A stretch of DNA of 54,363 nt, taken from positions 1 through 54,363 of the forward strand of contig JAZKIQ010000001.1 of the NCBI GenBank assembly GCA_040384765.1, written 5' to 3'. Below the pieces are notes generated by a model, which saw nothing but the letters and a program-made list of their open reading frames with translations, was not told where the DNA came from and did no database searches. Position numbers and translations under genes: made by a program. Position 1 is the first letter of the stretch; the number at the start of each line of letters is the position of its first letter. The stretch comes from Patescibacteria group bacterium (GTDB lineage: Bacteria > Patescibacteriota > Minisyncoccia > Phycocordibacterales > JBBUBG01). Shown here piece by piece: positions 28,273 through 36,787 of the stretch.

Positions 28273-29658
28273 CTAACCTAGTTTAATTCCAAGTTCTTTG
28301 AGTTGTTTTGGCGTAAGTGGCTTCGGAGCTTTCATTACGGCTGTTTGCCCGCCGCGGGTCATAGGAAAAGCCTGCACCTCTCTTAGATATGTTTCGCCGG
28401 TGAGATTCATGATCATACGCTCTACGCCTAATGCTATTCCTCCATGCGGCGGTGTCCCTGATCTAAAAGCACGAAGCATATGCCCGATTCGTTCCTCGAG
28501 GTCCTCTTTTGAGTAACCCATAACTTTATAGGTAGCTTCGAGGATTTCTGGCTTATGAGCTCGAATGCTCCCACCTCCCGCTTCGTATCCATTGCATACG
28601 AGGTCGTATTGCGTAGTGAGGATTTCACCGATGCGCTCCCCTTTCATCAGCCAGTCGATGTGTTCTGGAATTGGCATCGAGAAGGGGTTGTGCGTAAAGG
28701 TCCATCCGCCTTCGTCTGTCTTCTCAAAAAATGGGAAATTCACAACCCATGCATATGCGAGAACCCCGTTTGCCTTATCCTCCTCGGAGCGCATATCAAA
28801 TTTGTCCGCGCCGTACTTTTCCATCGAGTCCTTGTAGCTGATTCGGGGAAAAGGTTTTTGCTTAATGGTAAAGCCCATTGCTTCTACGGTTATTGTCACC
28901 ATCTCTTCCACCAGACTCATTACATCTTCCATCGTTACAAACGACATCTCAAGGTCGATCTGAGTATGTTCAAAGCCGCGATCTGCCCGGAGGTCTTCGT
29001 CTCGGACTGCGCGTGCAATCTGGAAGTATCGCTCGAAGCTTGCGGCCATCAAAAGCTGTTTATATTGCTGAGGCGATTGTGGAAGTGCGTAGAACTTTCC
29101 AGGATTTAGTCGTGAAGGGACGACGAAGTCTCGAGAGCCTTCCGGAGTTGATTCTGTAAGCAAAGGAGTCTCGATTGCCGTAAAATCTTTTGAATAGAGG
29201 AAATCTGAGGCGCGCCGAATAAATTCGCTTCTGAGCTTCAAGTTTCGCTGCATCCGTGCCGTACGTAGGTCGAGGTAGCGATATTCGAGACGCGCATGTT
29301 CATCGATTTCCGACGTATCACCCGTGACATCAAACGGAGCGGGCTCTGCCTCGGCCAGGATTTCAATCGAAAGAATCTCGAGTTCAATATCCCCGTTCTG
29401 CTTGTCAGCCTGGATATTTTTGTCGGGTCGCTTGTTTATTTTTCCATTCACAGCCACGACCCACTCCGAGCGGAGCTTGCTCCCTACTTCGTGTGCCTCT
29501 TTTGCGTTTGGGAGTATGACGCCCTGCACAAAGCCTGAACGGTCGCGAAAATCGAAGAAGATGAGCTTGCCCTGGTCGCGGCGAATATGTACCCACCCTT
29601 TGATCAGCACCTCCTCGCCAACTTTTGTATTTAGTTTTCCAATTTCAGTTCGTTCCAT
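28273..29658 (-). CDS. aspS: Aspartate--tRNA ligase, shortened
   Basis: OB-fold RRDQG/DFRDRSG, TPEGSRDF, LPQSPQ, RDED, PPHGGIALG; 461 aa. Confidence 0.93.
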   Translation of the reverse strand: MERTEIGKLNTKVGEEVLIKGWVHIRRDQGKLIFFDFRDRSGFVQGVILPNAKEAHEVGSKLRSEWVVAVNGKINKRPDKNIQADKQNGDIELEILSIEILAEAEPAPFDVTGDTSEIDEHARLEYRYLDLRTARMQRNLKLRSEFIRRASDFLYSKDFTAIETPLLTESTPEGSRDFVVPSRLNPGKFYALPQSPQQYKQLLMAASFERYFQIARAVRDEDLRADRGFEHTQIDLEMSFVTMEDVMSLVEEMVTITVEAMGFTIKQKPFPRISYKDSMEKYGADKFDMRSEEDKANGVLAYAWVVNFPFFEKTDEGGWTFTHNPFSMPIPEHIDWLMKGERIGEILTTQYDLVCNGYEAGGGSIRAHKPEILEATYKVMGYSKEDLEERIGHMLRAFRSGTPPHGGIALGVERMIMNLTGETYLREVQAFPMTRGGQTAVMKAPKPLTPKQLKELGIKLG

Positions 29659-29667
29659 GGTGTTTTG

Positions 29668-29702
29668 AGTGACTAAACTCTGAACTCTAATCTCTGTACT
29701 CT
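29668..29702. repeat. Half heptamer element (GACT plus 4x GAACTCT-like)
   Basis: AAACTCT GAACTCT AATCTCT GTACTCT between trpS and aspS. Confidence 0.75.
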
Positions 29703-30704
29703 TTATGCAAGATAATTTATCCGCATCTTCTCTTTCACCTCCTCAAGTGTCGCTCGAGCAATTAGCCGCATCTTCTCTGTGCCTGCTCGAAGCACCTCTT
29801 TGATCTGATCGGGATTCTTTTCGAGTTCTGCTCGGCGTGCGCGCATTGGCTCAAGGAATTCATTCAATACAGCCGCGAGGCGCTTCTTGATCACCACGTC
29901 GCCAAGGCCGCCTTTGCGATAGTGCTCCTTGAGATCGGCGACCTCTGCTTTGTTGACATCAAAAATATCGAGGAATGTGAATACTACGTTTCCTTCGACT
30001 GAACCGGGATCATTCACGTGAACGTGGTTTGGGTCGGTGTACATCTCCATTACCTTGGCTTCAACTGTCGCCGGGTCATCCGAAAGTTTTATGTCGTTAC
30101 CAAGCGACTTGGACATCTTGGCCTTACCATCGAGGCCTGGAAGCGTGCCTGAATCTTTAGGAATCAGTGCTTCTGGCACAGGAAACATATCTCCATATGT
30201 TGTGTTAAAACGGCGAGCTACTTCTCGAGCAAGCTCGAGGTGGCTTGTCTGGTCTTTACCGACGGGCACGACGTGCGCTTTTCCAATGAGAATATCGGCC
30301 GCCATAAGCACGGGGTAGACGATAAGACCCATTGAAGGGCTTTCAATATTGAGATCACGTAGCACTTCTTTCAATGTCGGGACATTTGTAGCCATCGAGT
30401 GCGTAACGAGCATCGAGAGTATTACCCCAAGTTCAGCAATCTCGGGAACATCGCTTTGGAGATAGAAAGTGGCCTTTTCCGGATCGATCCCTGCCGCAAG
30501 CTGGTCGAGGACGAGGGTGTGAATATTTTCAAGCTGGTTTGCGGTGTCGGTCTTTGTGGTGAGGGCGTGTAGGTTTGCTACGAGCAGAAAAAGATCGTGC
30601 TCATCTTGGAGCGCGATGCGGTTTGCGAGGGACCCTACATAGTGGCCCAGGTGAAGCTTGCCGGTTGGCCGGTCGCCAGTGAGTACGCGTTTTCGTTCAG
30701 GCAT
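29703..30704 (-). CDS. trpS: Tryptophan--tRNA ligase
   Basis: LTGDRPTG, HLGH, YPVLMAAD, VPVGKDQ, KMSKS; start moved to MPERKR. Confidence 0.95.
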   Translation of the reverse strand: MPERKRVLTGDRPTGKLHLGHYVGSLANRIALQDEHDLFLLVANLHALTTKTDTANQLENIHTLVLDQLAAGIDPEKATFYLQSDVPEIAELGVILSMLVTHSMATNVPTLKEVLRDLNIESPSMGLIVYPVLMAADILIGKAHVVPVGKDQTSHLELAREVARRFNTTYGDMFPVPEALIPKDSGTLPGLDGKAKMSKSLGNDIKLSDDPATVEAKVMEMYTDPNHVHVNDPGSVEGNVVFTFLDIFDVNKAEVADLKEHYRKGGLGDVVIKKRLAAVLNEFLEPMRARRAELEKNPDQIKEVLRAGTEKMRLIARATLEEVKEKMRINYLA

Positions 30705-30789
30705 TATTTTCTCAGAGTACCAAAATGGCCCCGCTTTCACAACGGCTGAGTCAAGGGTCGCTTGGGAGCCAGGCTTCCAAATATTAGAA

Positions 30790-30817
30790 CACCCCAGGTC
30801 CACGAGGACCTGGGGTG
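30790..30817 (-). terminator. Intrinsic terminator of the alpha-CTD gene
   Basis: CACCCCAGGTCC-ACGA-GGACCTGGGGTG. Confidence 0.7.
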
Positions 30818-30821
30818 CGTA

Positions 30822-31370
30822 TCAGCGTACGGGGTTCGGAGGGTACTCTCCTTTCAGGGCGAGTCCGTACTGTGCAAGAACAGTTCGTACCTCACCCAGC
30901 GAATGCTTTCCGAAACGGGGGATGGCCATGAGGTCCGCCGCCGTATGCCCCGAAACTCTTCCAAGTTCGATGAGGTTTTCTTGGGTGAGTAGCTGGAGCG
31001 TCCGAGTTGTAAAGCCGACCGTTCGGACATCTATGCTCTTCGCTTTTTTCCGAGCGGCTTCGATTACGACCTCCTGGGTCTGCAGTAGCTTTCTCCGTTG
31101 AAGTTCTTGCTCGAGCTCCTCACTTGAAACGCTCTGCTTCCAGTCGAGCTGGCTAAGCATCTCGTCAAGCTGTTGGTCGGAGAGCTTGTCGATTCGAGAA
31201 TACTTGCGACGCACTCTGCCGAGCGATCCGACCCAGAAAAGATCGAGCGCCTTAGCTAGTTCGCTAAGTCTGCTGCGCACCTCCTCTGTGGGTATCTCAA
31301 GCAGTTGGAAAGCGTTTCGCTCGGCCAGCTCGAAGAGCTTCTTCAGCTTCTCTTTCGTGACTTCTCGCAT
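30822..31370 (-). CDS. Stand-alone protein with RNA polymerase alpha C-terminal domain-like module
   Basis: C-terminal GFTTRTLQLL...DLMAIPRFGKHSLGEVRTVL..YGLAL; TTGACG-17-TACTGT promoter and GGAGGTGA SD. Confidence 0.7.
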   Translation of the reverse strand: MREVTKEKLKKLFELAERNAFQLLEIPTEEVRSRLSELAKALDLFWVGSLGRVRRKYSRIDKLSDQQLDEMLSQLDWKQSVSSEELEQELQRRKLLQTQEVVIEAARKKAKSIDVRTVGFTTRTLQLLTQENLIELGRVSGHTAADLMAIPRFGKHSLGEVRTVLAQYGLALKGEYPPNPVR

Positions 31371-31421
31371 TTCATCACCTCCAGTAACTACAGTACAATT
31401 TATTTATCGACTCGTCAATTT

Positions 31422-33014
31422 TTAGAACTCAATAATGAAGCGCGAACCTTTCCCTACTCCATCTGATTCTGCTCGTATTACTCCCCCATTTGCCTCCATG
31501 ATCTGCCTGGCGAGATACATGCCGAGGCCTGTGCCACCAGCATTCACCTTCCCTGCCCCCTCTGCACGGCTAAACTTTTGAAAGAGCTTTGCGATGGTCT
31601 CTTTGCTCATGCCGATGCCTGTATCTGAGATAACAATGCTGATCTTTCCACCCACGTTGCGGTCAATTTTCACAAGAATGCTACCGCTCGGAGTGTATTT
31701 TGCGGAGTTGTCGAGTACGTTGAGGATCACCTGCTGGACCTTGTTCTTATCAAGGTTTGCGACATATTCTGCGTGCTCAGAGGCAACCTCAAAACGTACC
31801 TTGAGGCCCTTTTTCTCAATATTGGGCAGCAGCTGCTCTACCACGCTTTGGGTGAGGAGTTTGAGGTCTGTTGGTGCCATGTCGTACGTCATTCGGCCCT
31901 GCTCGATGCGCGAAAGGTTGAGGAAGTTGTCGATAACGCGCACGAGGCTTTCGCTTGATTCAAAAATAGTATGAATCGCCCCACCCACTTTCTTTGTTGT
32001 TTTTCCAAACGAGCCCTCGAGAAGCATCGATGAGTATCCCTTGATGGCTGTTAGTGGAGACCGGAGCTGGTGCGAAGCAATAGAGACAAACTCTGACTTT
32101 TGCTGGTCTAGCTCTGTGAGTTTCTCGTTTGCAGACTCTAGATCCTTTGCCAAACGCTCAACTTTTTCTCTAATTTCAACCTCACGAATTACGCTTCGAA
32201 CTAAAAGAAAACCAAAAAATACCGTAAGTACCAATAAACTCCCGTTAGCAATTTGATCTTCTGTCGTTTGAGATATGAGTAGTCGCACTGTAATGAAAAG
32301 CCAGAGCGATGCTGTAAGTAACTGCGCGGCTATTACCTTAAGGTTAAATAGTCGGTATTTAACAATTGCAAAGGCGATGGAGCCAACCATGAATACAGTG
32401 AAAACTGGCCCGAGACGAACGAAGTTATAGTTGTTGACAGCTAGAGGCAAAAATAAGTTAAAAAATGAGCCGCACAGTGTTGCCAAGATCGTACCTGCAA
32501 AAATAAAGCCAATCTGTCTTTTCTGTATATCCTCACTCTTTTTTTGTTTATTACGCAAAATCCTGAATGACCAAGCCATTATGAGAATAAAAAAAGCAAA
32601 GATGACAAGTACCCCATTGCCAGTGTTAATTTTCCATGGATTTAGCTCAATGTTTTGGATGGCAAGATTGGGTACAAACATAAGTGCAATTACTAATATA
32701 GTAATTGCGTTTAAAATTCGCTTTTGGTTTTGTGTAAAACCTGATATGTCGGAAAGAAAGAGATCTGAAAATCTCAAAAATGTATATCCGATTAGTATTG
32801 CAGATAGGTACCCAAGTATTGCAATAAGTAGTCCGTAGGAAGTGTCTTTTATGCTTGTTACTACAAGGTTTGTATAAATCCAAAGAGAAACGGAAAGGGC
32901 CAGACCAAGAAAATATTGGTTAGTCTTGAGCAAGCTGTTGCTTAAGTATACAAAAAGCCCCAAAGCCACATTAAGCAGGATTGAAATGAGAAGTATGAAT
33001 GAAGTGAGATCCAT
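31422..33014 (-). CDS. Membrane sensor histidine kinase, about 9 TM helices (HisKA_7TM/LuxN-like input), no receiver domain
   Basis: H-box ASHQLRSPL, N-box DNSAKYT, G1 DTGIGM, F-box, G2 GTGLG; ATG 33014 lies 2 nt after the luxI-like stop. Confidence 0.9.
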   Translation of the reverse strand: MDLTSFILLISILLNVALGLFVYLSNSLLKTNQYFLGLALSVSLWIYTNLVVTSIKDTSYGLLIAILGYLSAILIGYTFLRFSDLFLSDISGFTQNQKRILNAITILVIALMFVPNLAIQNIELNPWKINTGNGVLVIFAFFILIMAWSFRILRNKQKKSEDIQKRQIGFIFAGTILATLCGSFFNLFLPLAVNNYNFVRLGPVFTVFMVGSIAFAIVKYRLFNLKVIAAQLLTASLWLFITVRLLISQTTEDQIANGSLLVLTVFFGFLLVRSVIREVEIREKVERLAKDLESANEKLTELDQQKSEFVSIASHQLRSPLTAIKGYSSMLLEGSFGKTTKKVGGAIHTIFESSESLVRVIDNFLNLSRIEQGRMTYDMAPTDLKLLTQSVVEQLLPNIEKKGLKVRFEVASEHAEYVANLDKNKVQQVILNVLDNSAKYTPSGSILVKIDRNVGGKISIVISDTGIGMSKETIAKLFQKFSRAEGAGKVNAGGTGLGMYLARQIMEANGGVIRAESDGVGKGSRFIIEF

Positions 33015-33016
33015 GG

Positions 33017-33670
33017 TTACTTTTTTAGGAGCCAACGAAAAGCGATGTACTTACGCGGGTCCCAAGAATTCAGACTGCGCTCTAACTCTCTGAGATCAAT
33101 AAAGGCTCCATGGTATTTTTCTCCACGATGATCCTTGTGCAACTCTCCGGTAATTTCAACTACAAGTCCGAATCTTTTCTTCAGTGAAGTTACAAATCTT
33201 TCAGTTGATGCAAAGTACCAGTATCTTTTTTTATTCGCTATAGACCACTGATAAACAGACTTATATAGCAATCGAGCTACTAGGTTTCCCAGAGATGTTT
33301 TTTGAATGCTGGGATCTACAACTAAACGGGACAGCTCAATTGTATCGTTCTCTGTTCTTATGGAATGTTTTTCATGTACAAGATGGAGAAAATCCTTGTG
33401 CATCATAAAATGCTCCGGTTTATCTATTATCCGGACCATCCCAAGGAGAGTTTCGTTTCGAAACACACCAAAAACTATCGAGTGTTCATCGTATGTATCT
33501 TTCTCGTGCTGCGCGTCTTCCTGCCCCACCCACTTAAGCCTTTTAGTGAAGACCTCTTGCCTTAACTTGTAAGCCTGATCCAACAGAGCCGGCTCGTTAA
33601 AGTTTCTGGCCACTAGGTCTTGCTCACGTATAAATATCTCGGATTTATTTTCCTGAGAATTTACAATCAT
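33017..33670 (-). CDS. LuxI-family acyl-homoserine-lactone synthase-like GNAT acyltransferase
   Basis: LRQEVFTKRLKW (R,F,W), EKDTYD (E,D,D), GMVRII (R), IELSRL (E,S,R) match the conserved LuxI residue set. Confidence 0.75.
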   Translation of the reverse strand: MIVNSQENKSEIFIREQDLVARNFNEPALLDQAYKLRQEVFTKRLKWVGQEDAQHEKDTYDEHSIVFGVFRNETLLGMVRIIDKPEHFMMHKDFLHLVHEKHSIRTENDTIELSRLVVDPSIQKTSLGNLVARLLYKSVYQWSIANKKRYWYFASTERFVTSLKKRFGLVVEITGELHKDHRGEKYHGAFIDLRELERSLNSWDPRKYIAFRWLLKK

Positions 33671-33771
33671 TTAACAAGGATAGCATAAAATTCTAGCTCC
33701 TATTAAAAAGTTGGGATAACTACCGCTTGTTCTTTGTTGGCAGATGAGTCCTGCTTCGCTATGATCTTGGA

Positions 33772-34206
33772 ATGATTAAAATACTCGATAGCATGAGTCC
33801 AAACATGAAGTTGGTGCTTAGTATCCTGCAGGATGAGATTGACGGAAACACAAAGGCTGCCCTTGGAAAGATGCACCCAGGCTATTCAATGACCTGGATG
33901 TTCAAGGCCAAAAGTGGAGAGTTCTTTCCTTCTTCGCGCCCTGATTTTACCGCAGAGCTTGCCGAGGCGTATGCCATTACGGGCCGTGAATACGATATTA
34001 AACATATTACTGAAGCCGCGGATACGATATTTGTGGAGTTAATCGAAAGCTACCCAGACCCTGCTTCAGGTGAGGTCTTTCATACTCCTCTTGTTCTTGT
34101 GCTTGAGATTGAAGATGGAAAGATCAAAACAGGGAGACACTACTGTGATCCCGATATTTCCTACGCACATCTTTCGGCAGAGCAGATTAAGAAAGCTTTT
34201 AAATAA
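33772..34206 (+). CDS. SnoaL/NTF2-like fold protein
   Basis: 'MHPGYSMTW', 'TIFVE', 'VLEIEDGKIKTGRHYCD' NTF2 pattern. Confidence 0.8.
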   Translation: MIKILDSMSPNMKLVLSILQDEIDGNTKAALGKMHPGYSMTWMFKAKSGEFFPSSRPDFTAELAEAYAITGREYDIKHITEAADTIFVELIESYPDPASGEVFHTPLVLVLEIEDGKIKTGRHYCDPDISYAHLSAEQIKKAFK

Positions 34207-34211
34207 AGTTT

Positions 34212-34375
34212 TGCCTCGTCCTATCCCCGCAGCAAGCTGTTCCCTCGGACTACCTCGGCGGGGTATCAGGCGAGGCATCAGGGAATACTTTGTTGGATAA
34301 GAGCGAGCTCCGCTCGCCCATACCTCTCTGCGGCCATTCATCCTCGCCGCAAAGCGGACGAGGTATTCTGGCCGC
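34212..34375. mobile_element. Pair of IS200/IS605-end-like hairpins, non-autonomous remnant
   Basis: ATCCCCGCAGCAAGCT...GCGGGGTAT and TTCATCCTCGCCGCAAAGCGGACGAGGTATTC, each inside an outer stem; no tnpA/tnpB. Confidence 0.5.
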
Positions 34376-34390
34376 TCCCAATAAGAAACA

Positions 34391-34413
34391 GCCCTGCGTA
34401 GAAGACGCAGGGC
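34391..34413 (-). terminator. Intrinsic terminator of the 35113 orphan
   Basis: GCCCTGCGT-AGAAG-ACGCAGGGC with T-rich tail on minus strand. Confidence 0.65.
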
Positions 34414-34438
34414 CGCGGATTGGTCTTGGTCGCTTGAG

Positions 34439-35113
34439 CTAGGCGACCTTGGAGGCGGCGGGTGTTGCCGTCAGAGAGCCGTAGCCCTTTTCGGCGTACC
34501 AGACCTCGGTGGAGAACATGCTCGAGGCGAGGAAGAGCTGGTGGAAGTTCGCCCACGAGCTGTAGAGCTGTGCGAACTCGACCTTCACGTTACCCGGCAG
34601 GTTCTGCTCCATCACGGCGGTGAGCAAGGTGAGGTGCTCCCGCGAGCAGAACTGCTTGAACTTCGTAGCGAGCAGGTCCGTCTTCTCGCCGAGATCGATC
34701 AGGCGGCTCTTGATGACCTCGAGGAGGTCGTAGAAGCTACCGCCCTTCATGATCCCAGAGACGGCTTCCCAGGAGGCTTCCGACACGATGCCGTTCTCCG
34801 AGAGCCGCTTACCGAGCGCCGACATGTTGATCTGCTTCTTCGCAGGCAGGTCGGTGTAGTTCTCCTGCTCCATCTGAGCCCGCAGGAGCTCGCACACCGA
34901 GATGGCGAGCAGGATCTGCGTCTTCGAGGACGCGAGGTGCTCGCACACCTTGGTGGGCCTTCTGAACTGTCCCCCATCGAGCTCTGCGAGGATGAGATCC
35001 TCGAAGGCGATGTTGGACTGCTCGAGCGACGCATACGCGCTGCTCAGGCCGCGAGAGATCATGGTTGAGTTCCTGAGATACCGACCGCACGGGGCGTGAT
35101 TTATGCCGCCCAT
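34439..35113 (-). CDS. Hypothetical all-alpha protein (224 aa)
   Basis: AGGAGG SD before MGGINHAPC; TTGACG-17-TATGGT promoter; GC-rich codons. Confidence 0.7.
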   Translation of the reverse strand: MGGINHAPCGRYLRNSTMISRGLSSAYASLEQSNIAFEDLILAELDGGQFRRPTKVCEHLASSKTQILLAISVCELLRAQMEQENYTDLPAKKQINMSALGKRLSENGIVSEASWEAVSGIMKGGSFYDLLEVIKSRLIDLGEKTDLLATKFKQFCSREHLTLLTAVMEQNLPGNVKVEFAQLYSSWANFHQLFLASSMFSTEVWYAEKGYGSLTATPAASKVA

Positions 35114-35215
35114 AAGAGCTCCTCCTGAATTCCCAGAACTGTTTTCGTAGCTTTTCAAACCATACTCCCTCAATAAGTTATCGTCAAACCCTAGCTGCTT
35201 TGGTTAAAAAAATAA

Positions 35216-35238
35216 GAGCATCAACAGGGTTGATGCTC
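35216..35238 (-). terminator. Intrinsic terminator
   Basis: GAGCATCAAC-3 nt-GTTGATGCTC followed by TTATTTTTTT on minus strand. Confidence 0.7.
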
Positions 35239-35257
35239 AAGGGGAAAGGGGTTCAAG

Positions 35258-35472
35258 GTGTACGGAGTCGGCTGGTAGGCGTACACGATGAAGCCGATTC
35301 TGGGAAGGGAAGATGGGCATCGGCTCACCCAAGAAGTGAGGTTCGACAGCAAGGTGGTGTTCAGCGGCGTCGGGCCGAGTGTATGAACACGAGGGTTTGC
35401 ATGTCGCGATGCAAGATCAAAGGGGGCGAAGTCTATCGGTTCCTATATGCGCCATCTTTTGATCCATCTTCC
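35258..35472. ncRNA. Unassigned multibranched structured RNA/ssDNA candidate
   Basis: Closing stem GGAAGATGG(35308-16)/CCATCTTCC(35464-72) around four hairpins, preceded by crossing stems GTGTACG/CGTACAC and GAGTCGGCT/AGCCGATTC. Confidence 0.5.
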
Positions 35473-35591
35473 GCTTCGCAGAATGTACTGCTCTATCTGA
35501 GAGAACTGTCCTAACACAGGAAAGGTTACATACCAATCCAATGCGCTAGGAAAGTAATTAAAACAGATGGGCTTGCCCTGCGCAAGAGGTG

Positions 35592-35600
35592 TTATCCACA
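35592..35600 (+). promoter_or_regulatory. Perfect DnaA box
   Basis: TTATCCACA. Confidence 0.5.
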
Positions 35601-35601
35601 G

Positions 35602-36453
35602 CTACGATTTATGTGCTTTTTCAAAATCGACAAAGGTATCTGCGTCCCACGAGAAAGCTGCTGCCTGAGGGTGGCCCCCACCGCCATATTTTTGTGCAAT
35701 TTTTGCAACATCTACCGATCCATCTGAACGCAGTGATACTACCACTCGCTTCCCTCTTCGGGACCAGATAAGCGCCATGGGTGGTAGCTTTGTATAGAGT
35801 ACGTGGCCAAGCTCAGATGTGTGGCGCGAAAGAGCCGAGTTCACAGCGTAGACACGGTGCCCTTCGAACATCACCTCTTCTGCATTTTCGGCGAGCTTTG
35901 CAATGTCGCGCTCGTTCATGGTGCGCATGAGCTCGCCCTCTGCCCGTAGCTTCTCAGTCCCCTCTTTTGTTTCGAGGAGAAGCTCAAGCTTGTTCCACGA
36001 TTCAAATGTTCTCGGAGCGCTCGCTATTGCCTGGGTGATCTCTCGTGCATTGGGAAGCTCAAATTTCCAGAGATCAGCATTTTCTACATATTTAATGAGT
36101 GTGGGAGTTGGCGCTTCTTTATGAAAATAGCTCCAGGAGAGTGCAGCCCCGGAGTGGCCAAGATCAAAAAGCGAGTCAGTCGCGTGGGCTACTGCAGGCT
36201 CGTTGGTAACATGATGGTCGATGATCACCCACCTTTTGGCGAGTGGGGCGTGCGTGCGAACCTGCTCTTCTCTAAAGCTGTAGTCTAGGGTGTACACCTC
36301 TTTTCCTTCGAGGCCCTCAGGTACCTCTGCACGGTTGAGCACCGGAAGGTATGAGGCTGTATCTCCGAGCGCTTTCCATGCGGCCCACGCCGCACCAAAG
36401 CCGTCCGGACAGTCGGAGTGGTAGATGATGACGATATCTTTGAGGTTCTCCAT
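35602..36453 (-). CDS. DHH/DHHA1 phosphoesterase (NrnB/oligoribonuclease-like)
   Basis: YHSDCPDG, LD, IIDHH, DLW, SLRS, GGGGHPQAA. Confidence 0.9.
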   Translation of the reverse strand: MENLKDIVIIYHSDCPDGFGAAWAAWKALGDTASYLPVLNRAEVPEGLEGKEVYTLDYSFREEQVRTHAPLAKRWVIIDHHVTNEPAVAHATDSLFDLGHSGAALSWSYFHKEAPTPTLIKYVENADLWKFELPNAREITQAIASAPRTFESWNKLELLLETKEGTEKLRAEGELMRTMNERDIAKLAENAEEVMFEGHRVYAVNSALSRHTSELGHVLYTKLPPMALIWSRRGKRVVVSLRSDGSVDVAKIAQKYGGGGHPQAAAFSWDADTFVDFEKAHKS

Positions 36454-36503
36454 ATGGAAAGAGTCTAGCGTGCTTCGCATGAAAAAGAAATTGCCATGCG
36501 GTC

Positions 36504-36770
36504 CTACTGGAGATCCTCTTTTTTGGGTGAGTCTTGCTTGGCTTTTTTGTCTTTTGCTAATTCAGCCAAGCGCTGATTGTTGTATTCGGTGGATAGTCTT
36601 TCGGCCTCCTCTCGCATCTGCTCAATTTTTGCGGCAGTTGCGAGAGCATTTTGCGCCTCGAGCTCCTTCTTCTTGTCCATATCTGTTTTCTCTCCAAGGG
36701 CTTTATCTGCAAGCATCTCTTCGATTGTTTTTCGAGGCTTCATGAAGCCATCCCATGATTCTGATCTCAT
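36504..36770 (-). CDS. Hypothetical charged coiled-coil protein
   Basis: 88 aa, K/E-rich; TATACT 6 nt before ATG 36770. Confidence 0.5.
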   Translation of the reverse strand: MRSESWDGFMKPRKTIEEMLADKALGEKTDMDKKKELEAQNALATAAKIEQMREEAERLSTEYNNQRLAELAKDKKAKQDSPKKEDLQ

Positions 36771-36787
36771 AATTGAAGTATAGGGTA

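Noticed and set aside
35258-35472. RNase P, tmRNA, c-di-AMP riboswitch or retron identity for the structured element
   Set aside because: No GGAAAGUCC, no tRNA-like T-arm/CCA end, no ydaO consensus, and no reverse transcriptase in the window.
35200-35514. 104-aa ORF across the structured element
   Set aside because: TTG start without SD or -10 box; the sequence is better explained by base-pairing constraints.
15015-35600. Replication origin
   Set aside because: Perfect DnaA boxes are isolated, about 20 kb apart, with no cluster and no dnaA/dnaN nearby.
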